DNA of 64,000 nt, taken from Trichosphaerium sp. ATCC 40318. Lineage: Eukaryota > Protista > Tubulinea. The DNA is taken from NCBI GenBank assembly GCA_038496445.1, contig JALMLS010000596.1, positions 206,246 to 270,245 of the forward strand. The letters run 5' to 3'. Below are positions 38,209 through 51,184 of this stretch, piece by piece. The position numbers and the translations under genes are program-made. Under the pieces are notes generated by a model. The model was not told the DNA's origin. It was given only the letters and a program-made list of their open reading frames with translations, and made no database searches. Within the stretch, counting starts at the first letter, position 1. Every line of letters begins with the position of its first letter.

Positions 38209-39937
38209 ATGGGGAAGCTTGTAGCGGCCATATGTACGCGTTTTTATACAGTTTGGCATAGATTTAAATGTTTTTCTACCTTCGCACAGGTATCTTGATT
38301 TTCACCACGTTCACGTGGGGATATAACCAAGAGTTTTGGGACAATATGGATGAATTTGAAGTCATTTCCAAAAGTACGTTGTCGTGTTGGGTTACTACAA
38401 CTAGTTACTCATTAAATAGTATCTCTTACGCACGTGGATGCTTATCAAGCAATAAATTCAAAACAACATCGCGTCGACCTTTTTTTCAATACAAATAAGA
38501 CTCTGAGCTTCACCTGTATTAAACAGTCTCCCTACGCAAAAAATACAAAGGTAATATCATATTTGGGAGATACAATTACGATCTATCAAAATCACGTGGA
38601 CATAACTGAATGATTTGTAGATTACCATACAAAACGAACACAATGTGACTTTTATTGATGCACCTTCAAACACATTCAAAGCGATTGGAGGGGACCATCA
38701 ACATTTTAGAGTTACTCAATACTCTGATGGTACTTTCTCTGGCTTTTGGCAATCCGAGCAAGGTCATTGGCACTTCTTCGATGCTCTTGATAGGTACCAA
38801 ATATTGCCACAATAGGATATTACAAATGAATAAAATTAGGCACGTGTTGTTCATGCATCCTCGTCACAAGTCTTTGATTGGAAATGGTTCTCATTTAGTA
38901 TTCAGGTAATTAATATTGTACACTTTGTTTGCACTCACGTTGTACAATTTTAGAGAACCTGAATTATCGTATCAAAACACAAAGAGAGGTCCAGCTATTG
39001 GAGACAAGGCACCTCTATCGCCTCCACCTGATCCTTGTCCATCACAAGTCCATGAAGTTACACTTGTGAGTTTGATGTATGAAGTGTATTACATTTAACA
39101 ATGTGTACAATAGAGTGTTATTGTAACTGTTGCTTACGTAAGGGCTTCTGGAAGTATTGAAAAAGCTGCAAATCGCATTGCAGAAGGTACTTGTTGTAGA
39201 TTTATACTCTTTTCAATCTCTTATCATATTAATTAGCTGTCACAAGTCTGAATGTTTGGTTTGAAATGGATGTGGTAACGATAAAGAAGACCTTTCCTGT
39301 TTCTAACTTTTGATTCTTGTTCTAGAGATTGCATGTCACGATTCAAAACGCAATAATATACACCACCCCAGGTACCTTGATTTCGTGAATACAAGTAAAC
39401 TTAACTGTTGTTTTCAAGGAAAAGTATCATGGAACGTGGAACGCTCCGATAACTGTGAGAATCCTTTTCAAACTTTTGTTTCCGAATGGTACAACGAGAT
39501 ACCTCAATGCTGTGGAAATACAGCGATGGGTATATTATTCCATAACTGTGCCTCACATTCTGCTGTGACGGGTGCTAGAAAATTGTGTGGAAACGTTCGT
39601 ATTCCGATTTAGTTTTTTGGTTGTATGTTCACACCTAACTGTTTCACTAGCCAGCCTTACCGGGAATGACTGTTAATTACCGTGATCCTGTACGTACCCG
39701 CCGTTCAATTACATGGGGTATCGGGTTAATGACCAGAGCACCTGTTGACAGCGATGGTATTTTGGAAGGGACAACCAGTAATGAGTATGTCAGTTTTTTA
39801 TGCAACATCACCAATGGTTATTATTGTTTAGAGGTTCCGGTTATGACAGGTTTTCAAAAATAAGTCAAGGATTTGTATGTGATGCCATTCCTGGTTTAAT
39901 CGCTACAAACTGTTTGAAACCCTATGAATCAACATAA
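38209..39937 (+). CDS. Zinc-motif-less ADAM/reprolysin-like protein, copy 3 (12 exons, open frame)
   Basis: Full splice reconstruction is open: MGKLVAAICILIFTTFTWG...NTKRGP...SWNVERSDNC...ILFHNC...KLCGN...TRRSITWGIGLMTRAPVDSDGIL...RFSKISQGFVC...CLKPYEST*. Confidence 0.8.
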
Positions 39938-40521
39938 AACATAGAACTTTTAACTCACTTTTTTTGATGAACTTGAAAAAAAGAAAAATTTCGGCAAAAC
40001 TAATAAAAAAAATCATGTGACTTTAAAAAGGCCTTAGTCAAATTAGCTAAGAAAGCAGAGCACTCAGTATAAAATTTCGAGTAAGTAATAATTTGAATGA
40101 GATACAGTTACGGACTCGGCCCAATATTTTTTTTATCGGTCCGTTAGGCGTAATTTAAACGCACGTGATTTTCCAAGTTTTGTTATATTTGTGGTGGCGT
40201 TTATAAAGCCTACAATAATATTGCTTACATATTTTGATCTGCCTTGTCGATACTATTCCAGTGCTAGCATGGATAGGTCAAGTTAATTGTATTTACACGT
40301 TGCTTTGAATTGATGTATTTGCATTCTTATTTATGTTACAACGCTGTGAGTGCGTAGTACTAGCCAATGAGGAACTTTTAAACTAAAAACTAAAGAACTA
40401 GCGTGTCTATTTGTTACAAGGTTTATATAGCTTTCCTTGTGATACAAATTCTTTTCACGCAAAAAAGTTCACACAAGATAAACCTTCAACAAAAAAAAAC
40501 AAAGGTTAACTTGCGAACAGG

Positions 40522-42253
40522 ATGTGGAGCGCGAAAACAGTTTGTACGTTGCCAGTTGTTTTTCGTACAATGCTAAACCTCACTATCGAAGGCATTGCAG
40601 TATTATTCATCCTATCGGCTAGAGGATACAATCACGAGTATTGGAACACCATAGAACACTTTGAAGTGATTACAAAAGGTACCGTCACATTCTGGTTTAT
40701 CTTGTAACGCTATGTAGTATCGCTAACGCACGTGAATACATCATACCACCAGGTCATGCTTCATTTCGATTCAAACAAAACAATGAGCTTCAACTGCATC
40801 AAACACTCGGTATACGCAAAGAATACAAAGGTATCGTGTAATAGCATTAATAATGAACTTTTACAACTGCTCTGCTTATTTTTGATATCGAAAAATAAAT
40901 TTACTCACCTTTCTGCTGTAGATTACCATTCACAATGAACACAATGTGACAGTTATAGATGCACCTTCAAACACGTTCAAAGCGATTGGAGAGAACCATC
41001 AACATTTTCGAGTTACTCAATACTCTGATGGTACTTTCTCTGGCTTTTGGCAATCCGAACAAGGTCATTGGCACTTCTTTGATGCTCTTGATAGGTACCA
41101 CGCTCCTTCACATCACTTAGTATGTTACTGAGGGAAAAAACTAGACATGTGTCGTTCATGCATCCTCATCACAAGTCTTTGATTGGAAATGGTTCTCATT
41201 TGGTTTTCAGGTAGATTATGACGCTTTGTTTGAACTCACGTTTTTCAATTTTAGAGAACCTGAATTAACGTTTCAAACCACAAAGAGAGGTCCAGCTGTT
41301 GGAGATAAGGCACCTCTTTCGCCTCCTCCTAATCCTTGTCCATCACAAGTCCATGAAGTTACACTTGTGAGTTTGATGTATGAACTGTATTACCGTTAAC
41401 AATGTGTACAAATAGAGTATTGCTGTAACTGTCGCATACGTAAGGGCTTCTGGAAGTATTGAAAAAGCTGCAAATCGTATTGCAGAAGGTACTGCTGTAG
41501 ATTTATAAACTATCAGTTTAATCTCATTATAAATAGCTGTCATGAGCATAAATGTTTGGCTTGAAATGGATGTGGTAAAGAAAATAACCGAGAGCATTCC
41601 ATTAACTTTTTGATCCTCATTCTAGAGACTGCACGCCACAATTCAAAATGCCGTAATATACACCAGCCCAGGTACCTTGATTTCGTAAATACTCTGCCAA
41701 GGCTTTGCAGCTTAAATTAACTCATTAACTTTGTTCAAGGAAAAGTATCATGGAATGTTGAACGCTCCGATAGCTGTGAGAACCCTTTAAATTCTTTTGT
41801 TTCCGAATGGTACAACGAGATACCTCAATGCTGTGGAAATACAGCGATGGGTATATTATTCCATAACTGTGGGTCATATTCTACTGTGACAAGTGCTAGA
41901 TTATTGTGTGGAAACGTTCGTATTCCGATTTAGTTTTTTGGTATGTTCACCTAACTGTTTCACTAGCCAGCCTTACCAGCAGCAACAGCCTATTACCGTG
42001 ATCCTACGGCTACACGCCGTAAAATTGGATTTGCTATTGGTATTAGTACAGTGACAGAATTGCCTCCTAGTGAGAAAGATGGCATTTTTGGAGGGGCAAA
42101 CAGTAATGAGTATGTCAACACTTTTATTCAACATCGCCAAGTTTATTATTGTTTAGCGATCCTGGTTTTGACAGGTTTTCAAAAGATAGCCAACAATTAG
42201 TTTGTAATGGAATTGATGGATTAATCTACAGAGGGTGTTTGAAGCCCTTATAA
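40522..42253 (+). CDS. Zinc-motif-less ADAM/reprolysin-like protein, copy 4
   Basis: Same exon structure; pseudo-site TRRKIGFAIGISTVTELPPSEKDGIFG. Confidence 0.75.
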
Positions 42254-42279
42254 ATCAAAATAAAATTTAACATATTTTT

Positions 42280-42600
42280 CAGTCTTAGTTTTTGCCTTCC
42301 AGAGCTTGTATTATCGATCTTGGTTCCATTTTGATAGGCAATACAGCTGCTGTCGTGTTGTAAAGAAACAACTTATTGACAAAAGCAGGTCAATCGCTCC
42401 AAAACAAACTCTAAATGATGCTTGCAACATGCCTCAATCACTGTTACAAAGTACGACAAAACTATAATGAAAATAGTTTACGGTCTTCAGAAGATCTTCT
42501 CGCCTGAAAAAAAAAACCCCGTGTCGCCAGTAACCTTTAAATCTATTGGGAAGGTTGCACATTCTGTTTGTGGCAGATACTGAAGTATCACGATTAAATT
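42280..42600 (-). pseudogene. Remnant of the 3' end of the ankyrin gene at 53 kb
   Basis: Matches 53030-53200 (CCTTCCAGAGCTTGTA; ACTCTAAATGATG; AACATGCCTCAA). Confidence 0.6.
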
Positions 42601-42734
42601 ATCAACTCTAGTACTTTGAATTGTATCTCACTGACTAACAATAAAGACAAATAAACAAGAGAGAAGCTGGTAAAACAAAAACCCTTTTAAAAACTACATT
42701 TGTAATAAGATGGTTAAGTGCTGTATGGTAAGTT

Positions 42735-44531
42735 TTATATCGATTCATATTCATAGGGCTTCAAGCACTTTGTAGTAATTAACCCAGGAATGGCATTACA
42801 TACTATTTCTTGACTCTCTTTTGAAAACCTGTCAAAACCGGAGTCTCTACACAATAATTAACTTGGAGTATTGGTGAAAAAAAACTAGCATACTCGTCGA
42901 GTTTCAGAATACCTTCCAAAATACCATCACTGTCTTTAGGTGCCCCTGTCATTCTACCCATACCCCATCCGATTGAACGACGGGTTTGTATAAGGTTACG
43001 GCTAACAATTACCAATATAGGGGCTGGCTAGCGAAAGACTAAGGTACAACCAATGGACCAACATACAAAAATACTTACATTTCCGCACAACATTCCATTC
43101 TGTGTTTTGGTTGTTTGTCGATGTGAAGAACAGCTATGGAATAATATACCCATCGCTGTAGTTCCACAGCATTGAGGTATCACATTGTACCATTCATCAC
43201 GAAATGCATAAAAAGGATCTGCACAGTCTTCTGAGTCTTCCTCATTCCATGACACTTTTCCTTGAAAACAAAGTTAATGAGTTTATACTGTAGAGAAACA
43301 CTTGTATTCACGAAATCAAGGTACCCGGGGTGGTGTATATTATTGCGTTTTGAATTGTGGCATGCAGTCTCTAGAACAAGGATTAAAAAGCGTTAAAATA
43401 GGAAAGGACTAGTCGTTTTTTTCTTTACCACATCCATTTCAAACCAAACATTAATCGAATCGACAGCTAATTAATATGATAAGAGATTGAAAAGAGTATA
43501 AATCTACAACAAGTACCTTCTGCAATACGATTTGCAGCTTTTTCAATACTTCCAGAAGCCCTTACGTATGCGACAGTTACAGCAATACTCTATTTGTACA
43601 CATTGTTAAATGTAATACACTTCATACATCAAACTCACAAGTGTAACTTCATGGACTTCTGATGGACAAGGATCAGGAGGAGGCGAAAGAGGTGCCTTGT
43701 CTCCAACAGCTGGACCTCTCTTTGTGGTTTGAAACGCTAATTCAGGTTCTCTACAATTATACAACATGAGTTCAAACAAGTAGTATAATAACTAATATTA
43801 ATTACCTGAATACTAAATGAGCACTATTTCCAATCAAAGACTTGTGGTGAGGAAGCATGAACGACACATGTCTAGTTTTTAATCAGGATTAACTTTCGAT
43901 ACAATATGGTACCTATAGATAGCATCTAAGCGTATCAAATGCCCGCTTTGAGATTGCCAAAAGCCAGAGAAAGTACCATCAGAGTATTGAGTAACTCGAA
44001 AATGTTGATGGTTCTCTCCAATCGCTTTGAACGTGTTTGAAGGTGCATCAATAAACGTCACATTGTTTTCATTGTGGATTTGTATCTACCGTGGTCAGCA
44101 ATATTAAATCAATTCGAGATTTTTGTTGTAAACTGATAATTTTTTTCCTTTTAATCAAACTAATTCGTTTTTTAATGAGCACGTGATTGTAAAAGTTCGT
44201 TATTAATGCTACTACGCGATACCTTTGTATTCTTTGCGTATACCGAGTGTTTGATGCAGTTGAAGCTCATTGTTTTGTTTGAATCGAAATGAAGCATGAC
44301 CTGGTGGTATGATTTATTCATGTGCGTTAGTGATACTACATAGCGTTACAAGATTAATTAGAATGTGATGGTACCTTTTGTAATCACCTCAAAGTGTTCT
44401 ATGGTGTTCCAATACTCACGATTGTATCCTCTAGCTGATAGGATGAATAATGCCACAATACCTTGGATAATGAGCTTTGGCTGGTGTACTTTAACAAATG
44501 ATTACGTACATACTATTTTCGCACTCCACAT
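42735..44531 (-). CDS. Zinc-motif-less ADAM/reprolysin-like protein, copy 5
   Basis: Same exon structure; pseudo-site TRRSIGWGMGRMTGAPKDSDGIL. Confidence 0.75.
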
Positions 44532-45009
44532 GTCGTAAGTAAAACTTTATTTGAAGGTAATCTTGTGTGAACTTTTTTGTGAAATCGCCTTATTTTGGGG
44601 AAAGTATTGTAAATTTTCTTTTAACTTTAAACGGGTAGTAAGGTACTTTGCATGGCTCTTTAAGACAAAAATACCGCTCAAGTTTTTTTTTCAAAGCCCT
44701 ACTTCGGCTGATTTTGTTTTTTGCTTATTACCTATCTTTGCTGTTTTCAGGCGGAACACAAGGTCCTTTTAGCACCTGTTATTCCAGCGTTGATGTGAAG
44801 CACTCACAGTTATGAACAAAACACCTGCTGTATTTTCACTGCATTAGATATGTCATTACACCAATCACCCTCAAGAAACAGCATACATGATTCACACAAG
44901 TTGTTTTTTACTAATTCCATTACCACTTCAAAAAAACCTACATAAAGATTTATGTCGATTCATAAGGCTTCAAACAGCTCGTAGTGATTAACCCAGGAAT
45001 GGCGTTACA

Positions 45010-47504
45010 TGTTACAGTTTTCCACTGAAAAGTTAATGGATGCACTTAACTAGTTATCTTCATCTTAACTAGTTATCAACTCGGGATGTCTGAGCAAGCA
45101 TCTAAAAAGCGGAAACGAGGTGGAGACCGCAAACCCAAAACTCCAACCTTCAAATTGCCGGCATTATGGATCCCCTATTTGAAAGCTGTTTTAAAAAAAG
45201 AGGATACTGTGTGTAATGCAATTCAAGAGCTCAATTTATCTGGAAAACAAGCTGCTACATTTAAAAACCGAGTAACTTGTGTGTACGTTTTACTTTTTTG
45301 CCGCCTCTTTTTTTAAATCTATTAGAAATGGATTTGAAGGTTACTTGGTGCACTGTACAGATGCCAGCGATTATCCTGGTGAACATTATGCCATAAGAAA
45401 GTATCACAATAATTCAGACATTGTAGATTGGCAGCGAATATGGGTGGACTGTGCTGACACGGAAAAGGTACCAAACGGAAAAGCTACAAACAATAAAAAC
45501 TAAAATTGTTTTTTAGTTTATAATGCGCATTCATGGCAAAAATAACCATGTTGGATGGAATCGAACTTACGATTTGGTAGTACTAATTTTTTTTTATTAA
45601 AACGTGCTTATTTCATGTGTAGATTACAACAAAGTACCTCAATGTGCGTCAAAAAGACGTACAAGAGGCTATTCGGAATTGTGCGATTTGTTGCTCCCGA
45701 CATGCTGCAGTAAAGCCCCAACGATGCCATCCAATACGATCACGCCAAAGAGGAGAGCGAGTGCTTGCTGGTACCATTTTGTTGTTTAAAAATTGCTACT
45801 TACGTACCTTTACTAGATATTAAAGACTATGGATGCTACCTTGTATATAATGATCGTTATCGGTATGCGCTTAACTTTATTGACCACCACTCCAATCTAG
45901 TTTGGTGTAAACCTTTGACGAGTAAACGGGGTGAGGAGACTTTACTTGCCTTTAAAGAGTTTTTTTCATTATTTGGGACATATATTATCGTCCACACAGA
46001 TAATGGAGGAGAATTTATAGATAAGGTACGCTTTTCCTTTTTTAACGTTAAAAACATGGTTTTAGGGCGTACAGGATTATTTCGCTGCTCATGACATGAA
46101 ATGGGTTCATGGCAAAGCACGAACACCTAATGTACAAGGTAAGCACTATATAAATGATCTACAGCATAGAGACGCTCATTCAACGTTAAGGAAAAATTGA
46201 AAGATTTAATCGTACTCAAGCGGAATGGTTTGGTAAGAAAATGGAACAATTGAAGGCAGAGGGTGCTCCTCCGGAAGTTTGCTACAGGTACGTACCTTTT
46301 TTTTTTTCATGTGTTTTGTTTTTATTTACGCTCTTTTTAGGTGGATTGACTTCCACTTTGAGATTTCTGCCATGTACAATAAGACACGTCAATCAGTGAC
46401 AGGAGTTAGCCCATTTGAAGTTACTTTTGGGCGCCCTTGGGATATTACGCGTAAGATTTACCTTTTTATTTTTCACTAATTATTTCAGCATTCGGAGTAT
46501 TAGAAGGAGCTACTACTCCAAAAACAGTACTTGAAGGTGTTGAAGAACAATCAGCATATCAAGATCGTTTGAGTTCTGTGGTACGTTTATTGTTAATTTA
46601 TGTAAATATTTTTTAATTCTTTGGTAACGTGACTGTTACAGGTAAATGTTCGCCAAGGACAAATGGCAGAACGTATGAAGTCACGTTTTGGTGATGAGGT
46701 TCAATATGAGCCTGAAACAATTGTGTTTCTTGCTCGTGCCAATACTCGCAAAAAAAGAATGCCACATGAATCTCCATATGATCGTGTGGGCAAAATTGTT
46801 AGCCAAGGAGAAGATGGTATGTACCTTGTTGAGATTGCAGGAGAGGACGGTCGAAGAGAACAATTCAAAGACTCCAAGATGCACAGAGCACCATTGGGAC
46901 ATCCTTTTACTCCCTTTCGACAGGTGCATTTATACTTTATGCTTTTGGAGTTTTTTTTTTCACAATTTTTTTAGCTTGTTACGCACTCTCCTGGTCATAC
47001 TCAGGATGAAGATTCTTCATATGGAGAGCTTGTTGGCGCTAGTGAAGATGTCAATGTGCCTGTGAAGAAAAGGACTCGTACAGTGATACGGATTAAGCAC
47101 AAGAAAAAAAAAGGTAGTTTGTTTTTCTTTGGTTTATTGTTAACGTCATATCTGCTTAGCTGCTACTAAACAAGCCATGACAACTGAAGAGATTGATGCA
47201 TATGATCTTGATGAGCGTTTGGTAGATGGATCCCTTTGGAGTGTTCCCATTGTACAGAAAAAAAGAAAAACCTGGTACAATGTAAAAGTGAATGGCTTCT
47301 CCCGTCAGTTTTCTGCCAATCACAAAGTAAAGATTGTGTTTATTGACTGTAACAAACAGCCAACTCACCTTGTCTTTACAGATGACTGGACTGTTATTAA
47401 TGTATGACTTAAATAAAGTTCCATCGTAATCTGCCTAATAACTAGTTATTTGTTTATTAACTAGTTATTCCATTCATTAACTAACCCTTTGATTAACTGT
47501 AACA
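45010..47504 (+). mobile_element. Ginger2/TDD-type DNA transposon (TG...CA ends, imperfect TIRs, 5-bp TSD)
   Basis: Ends TGTTACAGTT...AACTGTAACA; two TAACTAGTTA palindromes near each end; TTACA duplicated at 45005-45009 and 47505-47509; empty site in the paralogue near 42796. Confidence 0.9.
45086..47407 (+). CDS. Retroviral-type DDE integrase/transposase with HHCC zinc finger; 11 introns
   Basis: HGKNNHVG...CAIC; VLADIKD; IDHHS; HTDNGGEF; PNVQGKIERFNRT; YNKTRQSVTGVSPFEVTFGR; open frame after splicing. Confidence 0.9.
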
Positions 47505-49678
47505 TTACATACTATTTCTTGACTTATTTTTGAAAACCTGTCATAACCGGAACCTCTAAACAATAATAACCATTGATGATGTTGTAAAAAAAAAATGACA
47601 TACTCAAAGTTGGTAATACCTCCCAAAATACCATCACTGTCATTAGGTGCACCTGTCATCCTACCTATACCCCACCCAAGTGTACGGCGGGTGCGTACAG
47701 GATCTCGGTAATAAAGTGTCAGTATTGGTAAGGCTGGCTAGCAAACACTTAGAGGTACAAACATGATCCAAAAAACAAAAGTACGTACATTTCCACACAA
47801 TACTCTAGTACGTGTTACGCTGTTATATTCAGCACAGTCATGAAATAGTATGCCACCCGCTGTATTCCCACAACATTGAGGTATCACATTATACCAGTCA
47901 TCAAAAAAAGATTGAAAAGGATTCTCACAGTTATCTGAGCGTTCCACGTTCCATGATACTTTTCCTTGAAAACAAAAGTTAAGTTTACTTGTATTTCACG
48001 AAATCACGGCACCTGGGGTGGTGTATATTATTGCGTTTTGTATCGTGACATGCAGTCTCTAGAACAAGTCAAAAACTTAGAAACAGGAAAGGTCTTCTTT
48101 ATCGTTACCACATCCATTTCAAACCAAACATTCAGACTTGTGACAGCTAATTAATATGATAAGAGATTGAAAAGAGTATAAATCTACAACAAGTACCTTC
48201 TGCAATACGATTTGCAGCTTTTTCAATACTTCCAGAAGCCCTTACGTAAGCAACAGTTACAGCAATACTCTATTATAATACACATCGTTAACGGTAACAC
48301 AGTTCATACATCAAACTCACAAGTGTAACTTCATGGATTGTGATGGACAAGGGTCAGGAGGAGGCGAAAGAGGTGCCTTGTCTCCGACAGCTGGATCTCT
48401 CTTTGTGTTTTGAAACATTGGTTCCCTACAATACAACGTGAGTTCAAACAAGTGGATAACAACTATTATTAATTACCTGAATACCAAGTGAGAACCATTT
48501 CCAATCAAAGACTTGTGATGAGGATGCATGAACGATACATGTCTAGTTTTTTTAATCAGTAACATACTAAGTGATGTGAAGGAGCGTGGTACCTATCAAG
48601 AGCATCGAAGAAGTGCCAATGACCTCGTTCGGATTGCCAGAGGCCAGAGAAAGTACCACCAGAGTATTGAGTAACTCGAAAATGTTGATGGTTCTCTCCA
48701 ATCGCTTTGAACGTGTTTGAAGGTGCATCAATAACTGTCATGTTGTTTTCGTTTTGAATTATAATCTAACACTCGTTAGCTCGCACGTGATTTTTTAATA
48801 AATTGTCGTTACCTTTGTATTCTTTGCGTAGGGAGAGTGTTTAATACAGGTGAAGCTCAACGTCTTGTTTGTTTTGAAATACAGTACGATGGCATAGTAT
48901 TTTGATTGAGGTGATTGATATGCATCCACGTGCGTCAGGGATACTATTTACTGGGTAAGGCCAACGAATCTCCTCACATGGAAACTTACTTTTGGTAATA
49001 ACTTCAAATTCATCCATATTATCCCAAAACTCTTGGTTATATCCCCACGTGAATATGGTAAATATCAGGATACCTGTACGTTAGTGAGTTGAAAAACTTT
49101 TAAATCTAAGACTAAAATGCCAAACGTTTGGTATAAAACACGTACATATGGTCGTTACAAGCTTCCCCATGTTTTCTAATTGAATAAAAATGCTTCTTTG
49201 TCCGTTTTACTTCGCAAATGTGAATTGGCTCTTGTAGCTGTTTGTTCGTTTTTTGCACGAAATTTCGGTCAAAAAATAGAAAAAAAACTACGTCGTTTCA
49301 CAAGTTCATACTGTCGTTTTTAAATAAATAATAGCAATGCCATTGTAAGCTGACAATAGAGTTGGTTATAGCTCAAATAGGCGTTGGTCTCTTTTGTATG
49401 TACAAATTATTACATACTCTACGTGCTACAAAAAGACAACAACGTTTATTTTTTTTGCAGATATTGTTACATTCCTTACTATTTCAACAGGCAATCTTTG
49501 CCTCAGGGTTTGTAACTTACCTACTCATTGACTCGACAAGGATAATTATAATAGTGAAAACAGTGTGTCGTGTAGGGGCGTGTAGTTTCGCGTGTTTTGT
49601 GGTTATGTGAAATCGGGATTACATCGGACAAACTCTTGAAAACTCACAACATTTTCACTCAAAAATTATTATCACCTA

Positions 49679-50079
49679 ATGAGCAACTTTTCTTTAATAC
49701 CGACACTATCCTTGGCTATTCTTTTTGTAGTATTTATGTTCGCATGTCCTATATCAGGAAACGATGAAGAGGTAGAATCATGCGTAGGCAAATGGTGCTC
49801 AAGGTTGTATGAAAAAACGGCAGGAGGTTCACAAACTTATTGCGCCGACCGTTGGGGATCTTGCCCTCAAAAGAGTTATAATGGCGTACGCACTTCTCCA
49901 TTGTCTACGCTGTTCAACTTTCGACTCACTTTAAAGTATAGTATGACAACATACCAGGCAAGAAAAACTGTGGCAAACGATGCAATCAGAGGAAGCCGAG
50001 TGCTGGAAGATGTAATAACCACGATGGTACCATGACGACACATGTGCCTACGCAAGTAACCCGCTATAAATGTAATTAA
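49679..50079 (+). CDS. Secreted 8-cysteine peptide, copy 2
   Basis: Same 2-exon structure; ends KKNCGKRCNQRKPSAGRCNNHDGTMTTHVPTQVTRYKCN*. Confidence 0.85.
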
Positions 50080-50180
50080 GTGAGTGTATATATAGTAACC
50101 ACATCCATATTGGCAGTGTTAAGCAAACTATAAATAAATTGGTTGTTTGTTGGCGTTTTCTTTTTTTATTTTAGAGCCTT

Positions 50181-50230
50181 TAGAGATGTTGTGATTATCT
50201 TAAGATATCTAGATAATCACAACATCTCTA
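50181..50230. repeat. 50-bp palindromic insertion
   Basis: TAGAGATGTTGTGATTATCT, 10-nt spacer, then its exact reverse complement; absent at the paralogous site near 57105. Confidence 0.8.
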
Positions 50231-50343
50231 TTCAACCCATTGAGCCACAAGTGATGCTATGATAAAACTATTAAGCAAGTGTATGATGTAAATGCAGATA
50301 CGTATGTTATTCGTGATATTATTCGCATGCTTTTGTAATTAAT

Positions 50344-50435
50344 ATTGTCCGTATCATTCAAGTTTGCAAAACTGTGCAATGGGACTTTTGGTTTTTGTGT
50401 TTAGTCATATCTGACATATTTTGCAACTTCTGTTT
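50344..50435. mobile_element. Truncated end of the 56-kb MITE
   Basis: TATTGTCCGTATCATTCAAGTTTGC followed by an inverted match to about 56875-56976. Confidence 0.7.
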
Positions 50436-50439
50436 GTTA

Positions 50440-50835
50440 ATAATGAACTCTTACAACCGCTGTAATTTACTCACTTTCTGCTGTAGCTAAGAATTCACAA
50501 CAAAAACAACGTGACAGGTATTGATGCCCCTTCAAACACATTCAAGCCAATTGGAGAGAACCATCAACATTTTCGAGTTACCCAATACTCTGATGGTACT
50601 TTCTCTGGCTTCTGGCAATCCGAACGAGGTCATTGGCACTTCTTTGATGCTCTTGATAGGTACCACGATCCGCATCACCATAGTATTGTAGAGCCACAAG
50701 ACATTTTGCTTCCTCCCAACATTGTCTAAAGTTGAGTACTTGGTTGATAGAAGAGAGTAGTATTAGTGTTAACTCTAACAGGCTTTCAAAAACAAGTCAA
50801 GGATTTGTATGTGATGCCATTCCTGGGTTAAGTTT
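50440..50835 (+). pseudogene. Deleted ADAM-like remnant, copy 7
   Basis: Prodomain exon DAPSNTFKPIGENHQH lies about 120 nt from last-exon sequence (CAAGGATTTGTATGTGATGCCATTCCTGG); middle exons and 5' end missing. Confidence 0.75.
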
Positions 50836-51184
50836 TATGGAGAAGCCAGCATTACTTAATGATGCTTCAATAAAAATTCTAAAGCACCTTAGTGTTATTT
50901 ATTAGCAGCTAAAATGAATGACTCAATCAAGAAGTAAGGCACGGGAACATAGGTATTACAATTGATTGAGTACTTCAAAAAAAAAAACCAACAATCGATA
51001 TTTTTGTCTAAAAAAGCCTAAGGTACCTCTTGCCCGTTTGAAGTTTATCTAAAACCTGCGATAATGAGTTTTTGGACTCAAGCTACTTTCAAGACTTCTT
51101 CTTAACGAATATAAAAATAAATTTCACAAAAAAGTTCACACAAGATTACCCGTCAAATAAAAATAAAGTCTAACTTACTACCGT

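Larger units (their letters stand above)
44950..49170 (-). pseudogene. Zinc-motif-less ADAM/reprolysin-like protein, copy 6; last exon interrupted by a transposon
   Basis: The gene at 47505-49170 continues at 44950-45009 (AIPGLITTSCLKPYEST*); pseudo-site TRRTLGWGIGRMTGAPNDSDGIL. Confidence 0.8.

Noticed and set aside
45010-47504. LTR retrotransposon or endogenous retrovirus
   Set aside because: No LTRs, gag, protease or RT; the introns and TIRs indicate a DNA transposon
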